NCBI GenBank assembly: GCA_030704615.1
Contig: CM060732.1
Location: 13,764,001-13,828,000, forward strand
DNA: 64,000 nt
DNA from: Takakia lepidozioides
Taxonomy: Eukaryota > Plantae > Bryophyta
Reading direction: 5' to 3'
Below the pieces are notes generated by a model, which saw only the letters and a program-made list of their open reading frames with translations, made no database searches and was not told the DNA's origin. How positions within the stretch are numbered: position 1 is the stretch's first letter; each line of letters starts with the position of its first letter. The translations under genes and the position numbers were made by a program. Below, one piece after another: positions 1-13,001 of this stretch.

Positions 1-2570
1 CGTTTCCCTGACCTCACCCGAGCTTGCATACACGTTGGTTCCCATTGTCACAAATTGGCGAGGGGGAACTCGCGGGAGGCTGCCCACGAGGCAGAGCAGC
101 TCGTTCAGGAGGAGGTTAAGTTGAGACCGGGTGCCAAACCCAAACAAATACAGCTCCAAGCCGCCCATAAGATGGCATTGGCCAGAATTATGTCGGAAGA
201 CGGCTCCGATAGAGTTCCTCTCGATGAGAAGGAAATGGAGGCATTGCTGGAGTCGGTGTCCCACGTATGTTCACCGAATGTCCGAAACCACATTGTCTCA
301 TGCAAACAGAAAATTGGGCGTGGCTCGGATATGCACTCCATTCTGGAGGTGAAGCGACGATGTGGATATGACTACATTCATGGAAGTAGGTTTCTAGGAC
401 AAGGGACTGAGGCAGATCGTTGTTTCGTATTCAAAATGTCCACGTGTGGACCTGGCAGCGGCGTCGAACTAGTCGACAGGATGACGAGTGGGGACTTGTC
501 AAACAGTTGGGTCATGTTTGACCATATCAAGCGAATTACAAATCACCAGTGGGTGACAATGGGTGCACATGTCTACGACACCCACTGCAGGATGCTAATG
601 ACAATTGCTATTTGTGAGATGAAAGGAGACGACACACAATCGGAGATGCTTCTTTGGCAGGGAATAAACGAACAGATGGCCAAGGCGGGATTGCCCCCTC
701 CCAATTTCCGTGGTTTCATGGTGGACAACGCACAAGCAAATTGGGCTGCCATCCGAAGAGTGTACGGGAAAGACCCCAATGTTCCCATGGAAGGCAAGGA
801 GAGATCTTGTGGGTTCCATTTTCTGCAGAGCCTTTCGCAGTACACAACCAGGCTCGTGGCGCCAGATTTCAGAGAGGAGCACCGTTCCATGTGCCTTGCG
901 TGGAAGCGCGCTCCCACCTTGGATGATGCAAAGACACAATTTGCATGTATACGGGCTTGGTGGACATCGTCAGGTGCTGTAAGGAAATCAGACGAGGGAG
1001 CAATGGTCAGTTGGCTAGCATGGTGGCATTATCGTTTCCTCCAGTTCGGCGACTATATGCGGGAGGTGAGTTGCACGAATTCGCGTCCCGTTGAATATTA
1101 TTCTTGGCCATATTTGTAACTTGCTTGTAACCTCAACATGTGCTTGTGCAGGAAATGTGTCTCGACTCCGACACCGACATGCCCACGACAAACATGGCCG
1201 AATCAGTGCACTCTTCCTGGCGGGCCTCCTCTGCGGCGCATCTGGTGGACATCCTCACTGCCACAACGGAGGACATTGTGAGGTCAATTATGCAGCAATG
1301 CAGGTACAACGAGTTCTTGAAAGGGAAACAGTGGGGCTTGGGGCCGGACAGGCAGAAAATGCTGATGCGGACTGCCTCTAGATCGAAGAATCCTCGGAAG
1401 TGGGCGGCGGCCTTGCGAGAGGGCCTTCGGGACACGCCATTGCTGCGAAGAGGCCAACATTTGGAAGGAGATGTTCATACCCGTCCAGTGAGACGAAGAC
1501 TTGACGAGGCACCTGGCGGAGAAGAGGATTCATGGCGAGTTGACAAGAATATTCGCACGCTCCCTCGTGGTCCGGTGATGTTGCCCGAGGAGGTCTCGTC
1601 GAGCACCGCAAGTCCTGCACGTTCAAGATCGCCATCTCCTTTGAGCACAGGGTGCGTGCCCCGGCAACATAACGAGCCATCTGTAGTAAAGCAGTACAAC
1701 ATTCCCATTGTGGATACAAGAGTGTCGGAGTCACAGTGGAGAATTGCGAGGACATTGCCGGCATTTCGAGGGAAGTGTTGCGCTATCCGGGTGGATACGA
1801 GAGCACGCTGTGGTGAGATGATTCGGAGGAACCCACACGGTGCTGTACCTGCACCTTGTTTCAGCGGCAGATTTTTGACTCCCACATTTGCTCACGCCAC
1901 AACGCAGACATTTTGGTTCTGTAGGCACGACATAATGACCTGTGTATTTGGCAAGCCCAAGTACGGGATTCAGGGAATGCCGGAGCCTCCGGGCGTCTGG
2001 CCTGTTGCACCGGGTTGCAGCCTCTCTCAGAATGAGGCGGATGCTCTATCTGCAGCAGGATTTCGAATGGTGCAACACACAGACATCCCGGCCCACGCAT
2101 TTCCGGTTCCTCAGACCCAGTCATTGCAGACTGCTCGGTCCAGTAGAGACGGATTGGACAATTCTGCACATCCCACAATGCGATTCGGAAGAGTGAAGAG
2201 ACGACACCCTCCCAACAAGTTGAATGAGACTCGGATTGGCAATGCTCTTGGGATGGCTTGCACTATTCAGAGCTCCGTGGACGTACCCCCACCCGGCCTT
2301 GGGCGTGTGTATCGGATGGCAACGGCCGGCTCAGCTGTACGCGACGATGTATACACAATTACGATTGGAGTGGAGCCGACTTGCAATTGTACGGACTTCT
2401 CGTTGATGGAAGCAAAGAAGGGTTCGAAGTATTATCCGTGCAAGCATCTGTATTACATTTACCTGAAGAGGTTGAGGATGAACGTGACTATTGATGACTT
2501 TATTCATGCACCGGCGTTGAGCGTGAACGAGCTGCACAAACTCCTCCTTAGGGATTCCAGAAATCATTGA
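1..2570 (+). CDS. Mutator-family DDE transposase with C-terminal SWIM finger; 5' truncated by window; exons <1-1065 and 1152-2570
   Basis: Frame open from base 1 (HVGSHCH zinc-finger end). Motifs MFDH, FMVDNAQA, CGFH, TNMAESVH and SWIM CNCTDF..PCKH. Phase-0 GT-AG intron 1066-1151 joins ORFs 55..1119 and 1140..2570 in frame. Confidence 0.85.
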
Positions 2571-2727
2571 TGGGGCAAAGGGAATCCTCCATATGGATAT
2601 TTTCAATTGCAATTTGCTGTATCAGACTTTTTTTTGCAGTGTAATGAAATGCACCCCAAAACTCCTGGAATGAGGCAATATTCCATTCAAACTAAGATCC
2701 AACAGAAGCAGTTGTGGGGCCATTTCT

Positions 2728-3160
2728 GGAAAAATGGCGCCGAATTTCTCTTTCTGGGGCCGAAAACTGGCTAAGTCCCAACATGCACTGGTATCTGTGT
2801 CTGGGAAAATGGCGCCGAATTTCTCTTTTTTGGGCCGAAAACTGGCTAAGTTCCCAACATGCACTGGTACCGTGTCTGGAAAAATGGCGCCGAATTTCTC
2901 TTTTTTGGGCCGAAAACTGGCTAAGTCCCAACATGCACTGGTACAGTGTCTGGAAAAATGGCACCGAATTTCCCTATTTTGCGCCGAAAACTGGCTAAGT
3001 CCGAACATGCACTGGAAAAATGGCGCCGAATTACCTGTCATGAGGGGACCTATAGCCGCGGAATTCGGCACCATTTTTCGCCAGAGAGACCTATTACCGC
3101 GAAATACGTCGCCGTTTTTTCAGGTTATGAACCCTATTACCGCGAAATTTGGCGCCATAT
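2728..3160. repeat. Subterminal tandem array, ~75-bp unit (about 4 copies plus decayed copies)
   Basis: Repeated AAAATGGCGCCGAATTTC...GAAAACTGGCTAAGTCCCAACATGCACTGG at ~2731, 2806, 2882, 2955, 3017. Confidence 0.95.
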
Positions 3161-3327
3161 TTGCACATGTCGCTGGGAATTGGCATGAGCGGAAGACGAA
3201 ATATCATGAGCACAACTGTCAAAACTACAATTTTCCCTTCAAGGGGCCGAATAATATATTTGTTTTTCCTGACACATTGCATTAAATTATTGTTTTTTAT
3301 TGTTTTTTATTTTCGAAATTTGTACTT

Positions 3328-3404
3328 CTGCTCATGAAAACCGATTGTCTTACTACTCCGCTCATGCCGCTCATGCCGCTCATGCTCATGAAATAGCTAA
3401 CCTC
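3328..3404. repeat. Right terminus of E1 with reiterated GCTCAT motifs
   Basis: (CCGCTCATG)n-CTCATGAAATAGCTAACCTC. Confidence 0.8.
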
Positions 3405-4813
3405 GCAAGCAGCATCAAGACTTCAGCTTATGAAAGCCATGTTCCCAATGTATGTATGCTTCTCAATTGTTTCTAACTGTTGTATTGATTCATTTTCATC
3501 AATAAGGTTGTGTTTATGAGAGATAAAGATTTGTTCCTCATTTTGGCTCGCATATGCTTGATGAAAGAGAGAAAGGAAGGGCTAAGGCTGGAGTAAACGG
3601 CACCTCTTCCCCTCAACCACTACTGCGTTCTTTAAAGGGCTCCATAGTAATTGTATGAGAGAGTGTAGTAGCTAGCATGTAGCTCCTATGGAAGGGTTAA
3701 ATGTAATAGTCTTCACAATAGGATGTTTTACATTTCTGCCCTTTTTCCTAGTTAATCACCTTGACCATATCTGTGTGTGGCATGCATGTAGCTTGTTGCT
3801 GTGATCAAGGAATTCACACCAAACACTTACGGAGATGCATTTGTATCACTTAAGGTAATGAATTTCAGAGTTATGCAGCATAGCAGTGCTGAATGTCCAT
3901 CTAGTGTCAGTCATCATTTCTGACAAAAGAGAAGAAGGCCCAACCTTGGGGATACACATCGATTATAATTCACCTTGGTGTCCCTTCCAACGCTTCTCTT
4001 CACATCTTTTAGTTTATTTTGTGTCTGCTGCTTCTGGTCCTATACCCACATATTTAAGCACTTCAAGTTTGGAACGTACTGCTTTGTGATTATTAAGGGT
4101 AAATTAACAACAAAAGGTCAGACATTGCTAAGCTACTTCTCTAACATGCCTTGCCCAGAGCTGCAGAAATGCCAAAGTGATATTCTCACTAGGTAGAGCA
4201 CGGTACCTCAATATCACTATCAACAATGTTGTGCAAGTTGGTCTCATTTCCCTCAACCTGCATTACCCCCGTTTAGTGCTTCAGTGCCCCAAGGTAACCC
4301 TCTCTTCCAACGATGGAGAGTCGAGTTTTGTAGCAGGGTGTAAAGTTAGGTCTCAAACTGCAATTGGCTTCAAATCATAAATACTTTGTCGCAGCAGGAC
4401 CAGAAGCCGAAAGAGAGGAGAAGCTGAAAAGCAGGAGACTAGGACGATCTAGCAAGGCTGACCACAGCCAGAACTAACAAGACAAACTGTGACACAGAGG
4501 GTCAAAGTTAAGATGAGGCTTGTGGTCCTAAAGCCTCTGTGCACTGTTATCAATATCAACCTCATATTTTTTACCAGATGTCACTTAAATGAACAGAGAA
4601 AATTCGATCAGTATTGTTAGGGGAGAACAACAAAGAGATGCCAAAGGGCATTGTTCTGTGAGTACACCTATGCATATGCTTCTTATGTACATGAGTCAAG
4701 AAAGAATGTCGGAGGGAAGGGCCAGTGGACATAGAGAGAGTGGGGAACAACATTTCATGCATTTCCTCGAATGGGGAGAGGGATTACAAATGCTTGTGTG
4801 AGTGCACCTGCAG

Positions 4814-4879
4814 GGTGTAGCATACAATGCAACCAAGAATGTCCTATACATTGCAGACACTGAGAATCATGCCCTTTAG
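4814..4879 (+). pseudogene. Isolated exon of an NHL-repeat protein (SOQ1/NHLRC2-like)
   Basis: CAG|GVAYNATKNVLYIADTENHAL|GT with splice sites on both sides; one extra T at the 3' end; no neighbouring exons recognised. Confidence 0.65.
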
Positions 4880-5399
4880 GTGGGTTTCTTTACTTCCATG
4901 CAAGTGCTGCATGCCTACTTGACTATTCTGGAAAATATAGTGTAAATCCATGTGAACTTTTCAATTTGGCAACACGGCATTTCTGAGGGTGTTAAAAAAG
5001 TCTTCAGTTGAGATGGCTATGAGCGCAATCTGAATGGCCGCAGGTTCTCTCTCCTTTTGCCACATAGTCACAGCAAATGGATGAGGACTACATGGAGGAC
5101 CATGACACACCTTCTCCAGTTCCATTAGAGTCTGTGAGGGGCATTGCCTGTGACATGTGCAGAGTGGGACTGTCACCACATAAGAGAAAGCACCAGGCTG
5201 GAAAGGGTGAAAGGGAGTGTAGCATTTTGTAAAGAAGTATAGGCTGAGGCCCAAGAGAGCTACAAATGAGTGAATGGACTTGAATAGTGATACTTAAGCA
5301 CCATATTTGTGCTTGGAATGAGATCAATCAAGCATGTACGGAGATGGTGTGAATATGTTCCAAGCCATCACTTCCATGTGAAAAAATTACTAAAATGAT

Positions 5400-6536
5400 A
5401 TGTGTTGCACTGTCACTTACTTCGTGTTGTAGTAATTTGAATTGTTAAGACATGAAATTCGTAGAGATGAAATTAAGCAAGATTTTGGCACGGAAGTAGT
5501 ATCCCAACACTATGTATTATAATGGACACGTAATCCATGTCGTAATAGAGTAAACGTAATTAGTGTCATTCTCATGCCATCAAAGTGACGTATATCACAT
5601 GGATGATTTGTTTGACGACATCCGTACCACAATCGTTAGGTATTCGTGGCCTGGCAAATTAGAGATGTCACTTGGGACATGGGGATGGGTTTTCCCCTTG
5701 TGAGGGTTGAGGAGGGCTCATCTTCTTGTAGTTGAGCCTCCATAAGCCTCTCTCACCTCCATCGCTCTAGGTATTGAGAGGGAGTGTGTTGAGGGCTTTG
5801 TAGGGTGGATCCCTTAGCAAGGGTGCCCTTGGCTTGACTTAGTTTATGTAATTGAGTGGATTCATGAGTGGAGTGTTTCCATTGTGTTCACTTTTCATTA
5901 TCACTATAAGAAGATCACCTTATGCTTGTGAGTGCAGAGTGTAAGGGTTGGTTTAGCACTTGTGTTGAAGAGAGCTTGTAGAGAGCTCTTGTGTTGCAAG
6001 GTGTTGCAGGTATTGCACAGGGAAATCCTTGTGGTGCGGAGAACATGGATGTTTGGGTTTGAGAAGCATTGCTTTGCTCTAATTAAGAGGTGGAGAGCTC
6101 AAGGAGAGAGCTCTTGTATCACAAAGCTTGCATGGTTTTGCAAGAAAGAGTGCTTGTATGTGCACTAAAAGTTTGACAACTTGGAAAAGAGCTCTTGCAT
6201 CACAAGAGGAGTATCTTGTGTGTGGAGAAGATAGACACTAGGGTTTCAAGAGCAAGCTTTAGTTGTTCATGGTGTGAAAGAGAAGCCAAAGAGCGGCACA
6301 TGTTTGGATTAGAGATACCATAGAAGAAGTACAACAAGGGTAGGCGCTTGAAGAACATTGAGTAGCTCAAGATAAGCTAGGAAATGGTTGTTCTATCCAT
6401 GGTGGTGTGAAGCCAAGTGGGGTTTCATTGGGTGGACAAGCAAGCAAGCTAAGGGCTAGAAGTGAGTGCTTTTGCTAGTTTTATGAGTTCTTGGATTGCT
6501 CTTGGTGAAACAAGTGGTTGTATCTCAAAATCCACA
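5400..6536. repeat. Possible LTR-like remnant
   Basis: Non-coding with internal short repeats (GAGAGCTCTTG) and ending TCCACA; no TSD or partner LTR found. Confidence 0.25.
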
Positions 6537-6659
6537 GTCAGAGTGTTAATGAACCTTGTCTCCGGAATGCGGCCCCTGGTCTTTGCGCAATAACTGCCAA
6601 ACAGGGGCCGCACGGATGAAGTTGTCTGGGGCAGAGATGTCGGCACTTGTCCGACAGAA

Positions 6660-8880
6660 AACATCCCCCGGATGGAAATTCAGCGCCGAATTTCCATTCG
6701 GATCCCCCCAAAGGATCCATCTGGCCCTCACATTACAACCCCCGGACGGAAATTCGGCACCGAATATACAACAGGGGAAGCCCGGATGAAGTCGCCTCGG
6801 GCGCAGAGGCCGGCGCGTGTGCGACAGAGAACATCCCCTGGATGGAGATTCGGCGCCGAATTTCCATCCGGGCCCCTCCAAAGGAAGTCGTGTCGGGGGG
6901 TCAGGCCGAAAACTGGCCGACATAAAAACCTCCCCAGATGGAAAAACGGCGCCGAATTTCCATCCAGGGCGGTTCGGATGTAGTCGGGGAGGGGGGAGAG
7001 GCCGACACCTGGCCGTCACATTTCAACCCCCGGACGGAAATTCGGCACCGAATATCCAACAGGGGACGCCCGGATGAAGTCGCCTCGGGCGTAGAGGCCG
7101 GCACGTGTTCGACAGAGAGCATCCCCTGGATGGAGATTTGGCGCCGAATTTCCATCCGGGCCCCCCCAAAGGAAGTTGTGTCTGGGGGTCAGGCCGAAAA
7201 CTGGCCGACATAAAACCCTCCCCAGATGGAAAAACGGCGCCGAATTTCCATCCGGGGCCGTTCCAATGCAGTTGGGGAGGGGGGAGAGGCCGGCACTTGG
7301 CCGTCATATTTCAACCCCCTGACGGAAATTCGGCACCGAATATCCAACAGAGCGGCGGAGAGGCCGGCACCTCTCCGACAGAGACCATCCCCCGGATGGA
7401 AATTCGGCGCCGAATTTCCATCGGGGCCCCCTCAAAGGAAGTCGTCAACACCTCCCAGAATGGAAAAACGGCGCCGAATTTCCGTCCGAGGCTGTTCCGA
7501 TTTGCCTCTAGCAGTCAAGGATTCCAAGAAAAACATGTCTACAAGTGCACTTCAGCCACAAAACAAAGTTTTTCTCCGAAAAATCAATCGGACGCGCTCA
7601 GAATTACCTGCAGGAAGGTAATTCAGCGCTTCGAAATACCTGGCGAATGGAAATTCGGCGCCAAATATCCATACGCCAGCGATCCGACTTACCTGTTGGA
7701 TGGAAATTCGGCACCGGATTTCCATCGATCCGGGATTTGAATTACCTGCAGGATGGAAATTCGGCGCCGGATTTCCATCCATCCGCCTCCGAATTACCTG
7801 CGTGAGGGAAATTTGGCGCACCGACTACCTGCGCGGATGGAAATCCGGCGCCGGATTTCCATCCATCCGCCTCCGAATTACCTGCGTGAGGGAAATTTGG
7901 CGCGCCGCCCTACCTGTGCGGATGGAAATCCGGCGCCGGATTTCCATCCATCCACCTCGGAATTACCTGCGTGAGGGAAATTTGGCGCGCCGCCCTAACG
8001 CCCAGTGCCTTCCTAAATATAGGACCCTTGTTGCGCGGATGGAAATCCGGCGCCGGATTTCCATCCATCCGCTTCGGAATTAAATGCGTGAGGGAAATTT
8101 CGCACGCCGCCCTACCTGCGCGGACGGAAATCCGGCGCCGGATTTCCATCCATCCGCCTCCGAATTACCTGCGTGAGGGAGATTTGGCGCACCGACTACC
8201 TGCGCGGATGGAAATCCGGCGCCGGATTTCCATCCATCCGCCTCTGAATTACCTGCGTGAGGGAAATTTGGCGCGCCGCCCTACCTGCGCGGATGGAAAT
8301 CCGGCGCCGGATTTCCATCCATCCACCTCCGAATTACCTGCGTGAGGGAAATTTGGCGCGCCGCCCTAACGCCCAGTGCCTTCCTAAATATAGGACCCTT
8401 GTTGCGCGGATGGAAATCCGGCGCCGGATTTCCATCCATCCGCCTCCGAATTACCTGCGTGAGGGAAATTTCGCGCGCCGCCCTATCTGCGCGGATGGAA
8501 ATCCGGCGCCGGATTTCCATCCATCCGCTTCGGAATTAAATGCGTGAGGGAAATTTCGCGCGCCGCCCTACCTGCGCGGACGTAAATCCGGCGCCGGATT
8601 TCCATCCATCCGCCTCCGAATTACCTGCGTGAGGGAAATTTGGCGCGCCGCCCTACCTGCGCGGATGGAAATCCAGCGCCGGATTTCCATCCATCCGCTT
8701 CTGAATTACCTGCGTGAGGGAAATTTCGCGCGCCGCCCTACTTTGCAGGATGGAAATTCGGCGCTGGATTTCCATCCTGCTGCGCTCCGAATTACCTGCA
8801 GGATGGAAATCCGGCGCCGGATTTCCATCATACAGCGCTCCGAATTACCTCTAGGTTGGAAATTCCGGGCCGAGTTCCGT
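6660..8880. repeat. Array of ~26 long palindromes centred on GGCGCC (288-bp higher-order block, then ~85-bp units)
   Basis: Perfect 28-bp GATGGAAATTCGGCGCCGAATTTCCATC (7395-7422) and 30-bp GGATGGAAATCCGGCGCCGGATTTCCATCC (7835-7864, recurring at ~7920, 8037, 8206, 8291, 8408, 8493). Confidence 0.95.
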
Positions 8881-10599
8881 CGTTTTTCATCCGACATGGA
8901 GGGCTTCATCCGACATTTAATTGCGCAGTTGGGCAATAAATGTCCACCGCCGTCCGTTTTCATTCGGGCTGGCGACACATGGCTTCCTGGATACGTACCC
9001 TAAATCTGATGCTAATCTTGGCTTAACATGTTATTCGAGGCATGTACCCCAAAAACGGAGATCTTTTTCCATTTTGACTGGGACTTATGCCGCCTGAAGG
9101 GCGTGGCTCTCCTGAGAGAGACCTCACATCCAGACCGCGGCGGAAGTTGAAAGCTCTGTACTACGGACGACGGCCAATCTCTCGCATGGCCAAACTGAAG
9201 CTCCAGCAGGAGATTCCAGTGTCTTGCTCACAACCCGCGCCAACTGAAGCCGACTACTCTCAGGCAAGCCACTTCTGCTTTCGCTTTGTTCGATTTCGCT
9301 TTTGCTTTCGCTTTCGCTTTCGCTTGGTTGCCTCGCTTTGTTTTTGTATCTTCATCCTGGCTTCGCTGGATGAGTGAACTTTAGATAGTTGAGTGTTTGC
9401 AATGCGTGTGCAAATCCGGCAGCTCTGGAGAAGGCTGCTTGTGCATGTCATTCTCAGGCAATGGTTGCATTTGTTTTCATTGTTGTTGCATGGCTCTCCA
9501 TACTTCCTAAACTTGTTATGTTTTCATTTTTGTTACACGATTGTTGCTATGGTGGTTGCGATGCTGGTTTTGGCACCGATGTTGGTTCTCACGATTTTGG
9601 GAATGACAGAGTGACGACGAGCCCGGCACGCTGGTGGTATCATCAACTGCTGCAACTCATCGCATGTTTGAACCGCCCACCTTGGAGCGAGAGGGCAAAC
9701 TTCAACCTTTTGTTGGTGGACGGAAGGACCTGCAGCGAGAGTACGACAGAATAGGCATTGGGGAGGTTGGTGCAGGCCTCATGGCAGGTGAAGGGCGTGA
9801 GGAAGTGAGAACAGCAGATCCGGCAATGGAGGTTGTTGATGCAGAAGCAGTAGGGCCCGTCCAAGCAAAGAAGAAGAAGAAAGCCAAGCGCGTGCAATCC
9901 CCGGCGCGAGAGCCGTCACGGGCTGCGGAGGGGGGAGTTCGCAGTGCGCGCGAGGGTGTCAGTTCGCCTACCTCAAAGGTGGTCGTCCATTCGGGCTCCC
10001 CTACTGCTAGCCCTAATAAGAAACAGAGAGCCCGTGAGAGGGCAAAATAGATGGCAAAAGAACAGGCAAGACACAAGGCTAGCCAGGAGGAAAGAGAAAA
10101 GGCCACTGAAGAGGCCAGGGGTTCCGAACGGACAGATTCCCATGTAAGTGAGGGACGCACAGAGACGGTGGATCCCTCCAAGACACCACAAAGAGGTAGC
10201 AACACACTGGTTAGACCATCGCGGGCAAGAGCAACCCCTGCAATTACCCATACGGTGGAGAGTGGAGGAGAGGAAAGAACACCAGAAAGAGCACAGATTG
10301 TGCAAGTTCGAGGTGAAGCCAGGGAGAGGGCAGTAGAGACGGGGAGAGTGCTGGAGGTGGTTTCGCAGGTGGCTGACCCTGTTGAGGAGGACAACAGGGA
10401 GCTTTCTGACCAGGATGACATCCTCCCGGACATCCCCAGGCCCCAAACCCAGAGCATACAGGCTGGATTTGGCGGTCTTGGTGGGCTGCCGGAAAACCCC
10501 TCTGCAGCAGACGACATGTCGAAGGCGGATATGAAGTTGGCCGCTGCCAAGATGTTGGAGGCAACCCACAGCAACATTGGCAGGGTGCTGGGGGGCATG

Positions 10600-11051
10600 G
10601 TGTACCCGGTCAAGCTTCGAATTTCCCTTTGCCACTTGGTGTCATTGTAGGTGGTGAGACCTGCCCTCCCAGGCGATATCGACAAGCTGAAATTCTCTTT
10701 CCGGGATGGATATCGAATGGGGTCTGCCGCATTTTACATTTCCATTGAGAACGACCACGGAGCTTCCCGTGCCCACACTTCCGATGAGGTAGACAAATGG
10801 GGTCCCCATTGGCAAACGCGAAATGAGGAGTTCGAGAGATCGATTGCTAGTGATCCTCTTTTCCAGCACTTGTCCGGTAAGATGTTCTACGTGTGGGACG
10901 GCAATCATCGCCTCCTGGCATGGATGGAGCACATTGCCCAAGCCCACCCCAACGACCTCGATTGGCATTTCGCCGTGGAGTGAGTTGTGCTGAAGGTTGC
11001 GGGGCCCAAAGATCGCAGTCTTCTCAAAGCTGCAATGGCGGACATCAACTC
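10600..11051 (+). other. ParB/sulfiredoxin-like N-terminal domain
   Basis: ISLCHL..VRP..DIDKLKFSFRDGY...MFYVWDGNHRLLAW; DGNHR at 10897-10911 matches the ParB/Srx GxxR nucleotide-binding motif. Confidence 0.7.
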
Positions 11052-11870
11052 GTAAGTTACAACGCCTCTCGCTTTTGGACTTTGAATTTGGAAGTCATTT
11101 CATTGCGAATCCTCATATATAATGAAAATTCCCATTTCAGTATTGTTTGATGGAAATGTGGCACTGCAGGGTGACTGAGAATGCCTTCATCGCCACCAAC
11201 TTGTCCCATATGCTCTTCCGAGTGAAGGATGTCGGGAAGCAGGGGGTGCAAGAGTTTGCCAATTCCCTCAGTGCCGACCTCCTGCGCAAGTCGGAGGCAA
11301 AGGCAGACAGAACCTGGTATAGGCTGAGCGTCGACGCCATGGTGGACTACATATTTCGGGTAAAGCTCCTGACAGTTTTGTTGAGCTAATCTGTCTCTCC
11401 TCCCCCAATAGAAGAAAAGGTCTTCACCGTGATTTCTAATCTCCTCCCCAATAGAAGAAATTGTGTTGAGCAGGATCTCTAATCTTATGTGCGCATTCTT
11501 GACAGACGAAAATACAACAGGATTTGGCACATGCGCGGAGGTTCTACATGGAGTCAGAGGAGAAGAATCCAACCCTCCCGGCACTCGAATCGTATGTCAA
11601 AGCTGTGGAGGTGAGGGCCCGCATAAAGTACAAGTCGCGGATGGTAAAGTACGTGGCCATAGCTGATCCCGCCCTTGGTGCCGACTTTCTGGTGGAGGTG
11701 GGGAAGCACTACTCTCGCGCCCTGAAGCCCACGATGACATTGGAGAAGCTCCATCGTCTAGCCACATCCTGTGTGGATGCAACAGAAAAGGTGATACATT
11801 CTTAACCAAATTGTGGTGGCAACAACTCCTTTTTGTGGTGTTTGGCGCTTACGAATATGCTGGGTGGTTG

Positions 11871-12953
11871 TGTAGTGTGAAAAGAAGGGGCGTGAATCCC
11901 CTTCTGTATAATTCTAATTGTGCTCCCCTCCATTCTAAGCGGAGCAAAAGGAAAGAAACGTTCTTCTAATCTGTCCAACTGTCGTCACTTGGCTGTGGGT
12001 TTCCCTCAGCTCCTTCGTGATCAGAGTTCAAGCAATCCTCATCCACGCCGCAGCGGAAGAGAAGACATGGATGGGGAGTCAATTTGTTGTTCACTCTTGG
12101 TTCTTCCTTTTACACAACATCCCCTACCTGCAGGTACAGCACCAGCTATGCTGGTGCTATGTGTTCAGTGATGCAAATCAGCCCAATGGCAGCGGTAAAC
12201 ACGATCCTTTATGTGAAGCCCACTTGAGCAGTGACAGGTCGGAAATCCCCTTTTTGTAGTGGTGACACAGATTTAGGAGGAGGCAGCTCAGATCTTCATG
12301 GTCTGCAGGGGCACTGGTTTCCTTCAGGTTTCAGGTTTTCTTCATCTCATCTCCCCAAATTGGCCAACCCCCCAACAGCCCTTTTGAATTGCAGCTCTCT
12401 CCTTACCCAAATCCCATTTTTCACTCTCTCTCTTTCTTTTCCCCTTTTGTCTGTTTCTCTATCTCTGTCTATGTCCCCAGGTTCCCCACTATTTCACAGC
12501 AGCAGATCTGTCATGTAATGTAAATGCACACTCTGCTAGGCATCCAGTGCAGCCAGCCTTGAAGTCATCCTTGGTCTCTCGAGACACAACCATCCCATCC
12601 ATCAGTCTCTCTCTCTTTCTCTCTCTCTTGTCCCCTTTTCCAATGACCCATCGCTCAAACAGCTCTCATCTCTTTTGTCAGACTTCAACTCAAATACCCC
12701 AACATCCCTCTTTTCCCTTCAACTGTGGAACGCAGTTGTTCAGATCCTGATCCCATACTGAAATCACCTTATCCTTTCCATGTTTTTTGCAGCTCCGGCT
12801 AACCATCATTGATCTCTCCAAACAAACAAGCCAGATCTACATTGGTTCCAGGTTATCACTACACACGGCAGCATGGTGTCCAGGTTTATGACACTGAATC
12901 AGAATGCAAGAATGAAGACAATAGTGACCATTCTGAATTCAGTGACGAACATG

Positions 12954-13001
<48 letters not shown>

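Larger units (their letters stand above)
1..3404 (+). mobile_element. MULE-like DNA transposon E1 (left part outside window)
   Basis: MULE transposase followed by a GGCGCC array and a terminus GCTCATGAAATAGCTAACCTC, matching the termini at 26162-26182, 59882-59902 (reverse complement) and 63523-63543. Confidence 0.8.

Noticed and set aside
6660-8880. CRISPR array (palindromic ~30-bp repeats with spacers)
   Set aside because: Spacers are themselves repeated rather than unique, there are no cas genes, and the context is eukaryotic
6449-9003. Many overlapping ORFs (MEIRRRISI...)
   Set aside because: Translations of the GC-rich palindromic array on both strands, not proteins
10048-10983. Stop codons repaired by U-to-C RNA editing
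   Set aside because: Such editing is organellar in seed-free plants and this is nuclear TE DNA; 5mC deamination explains the stops
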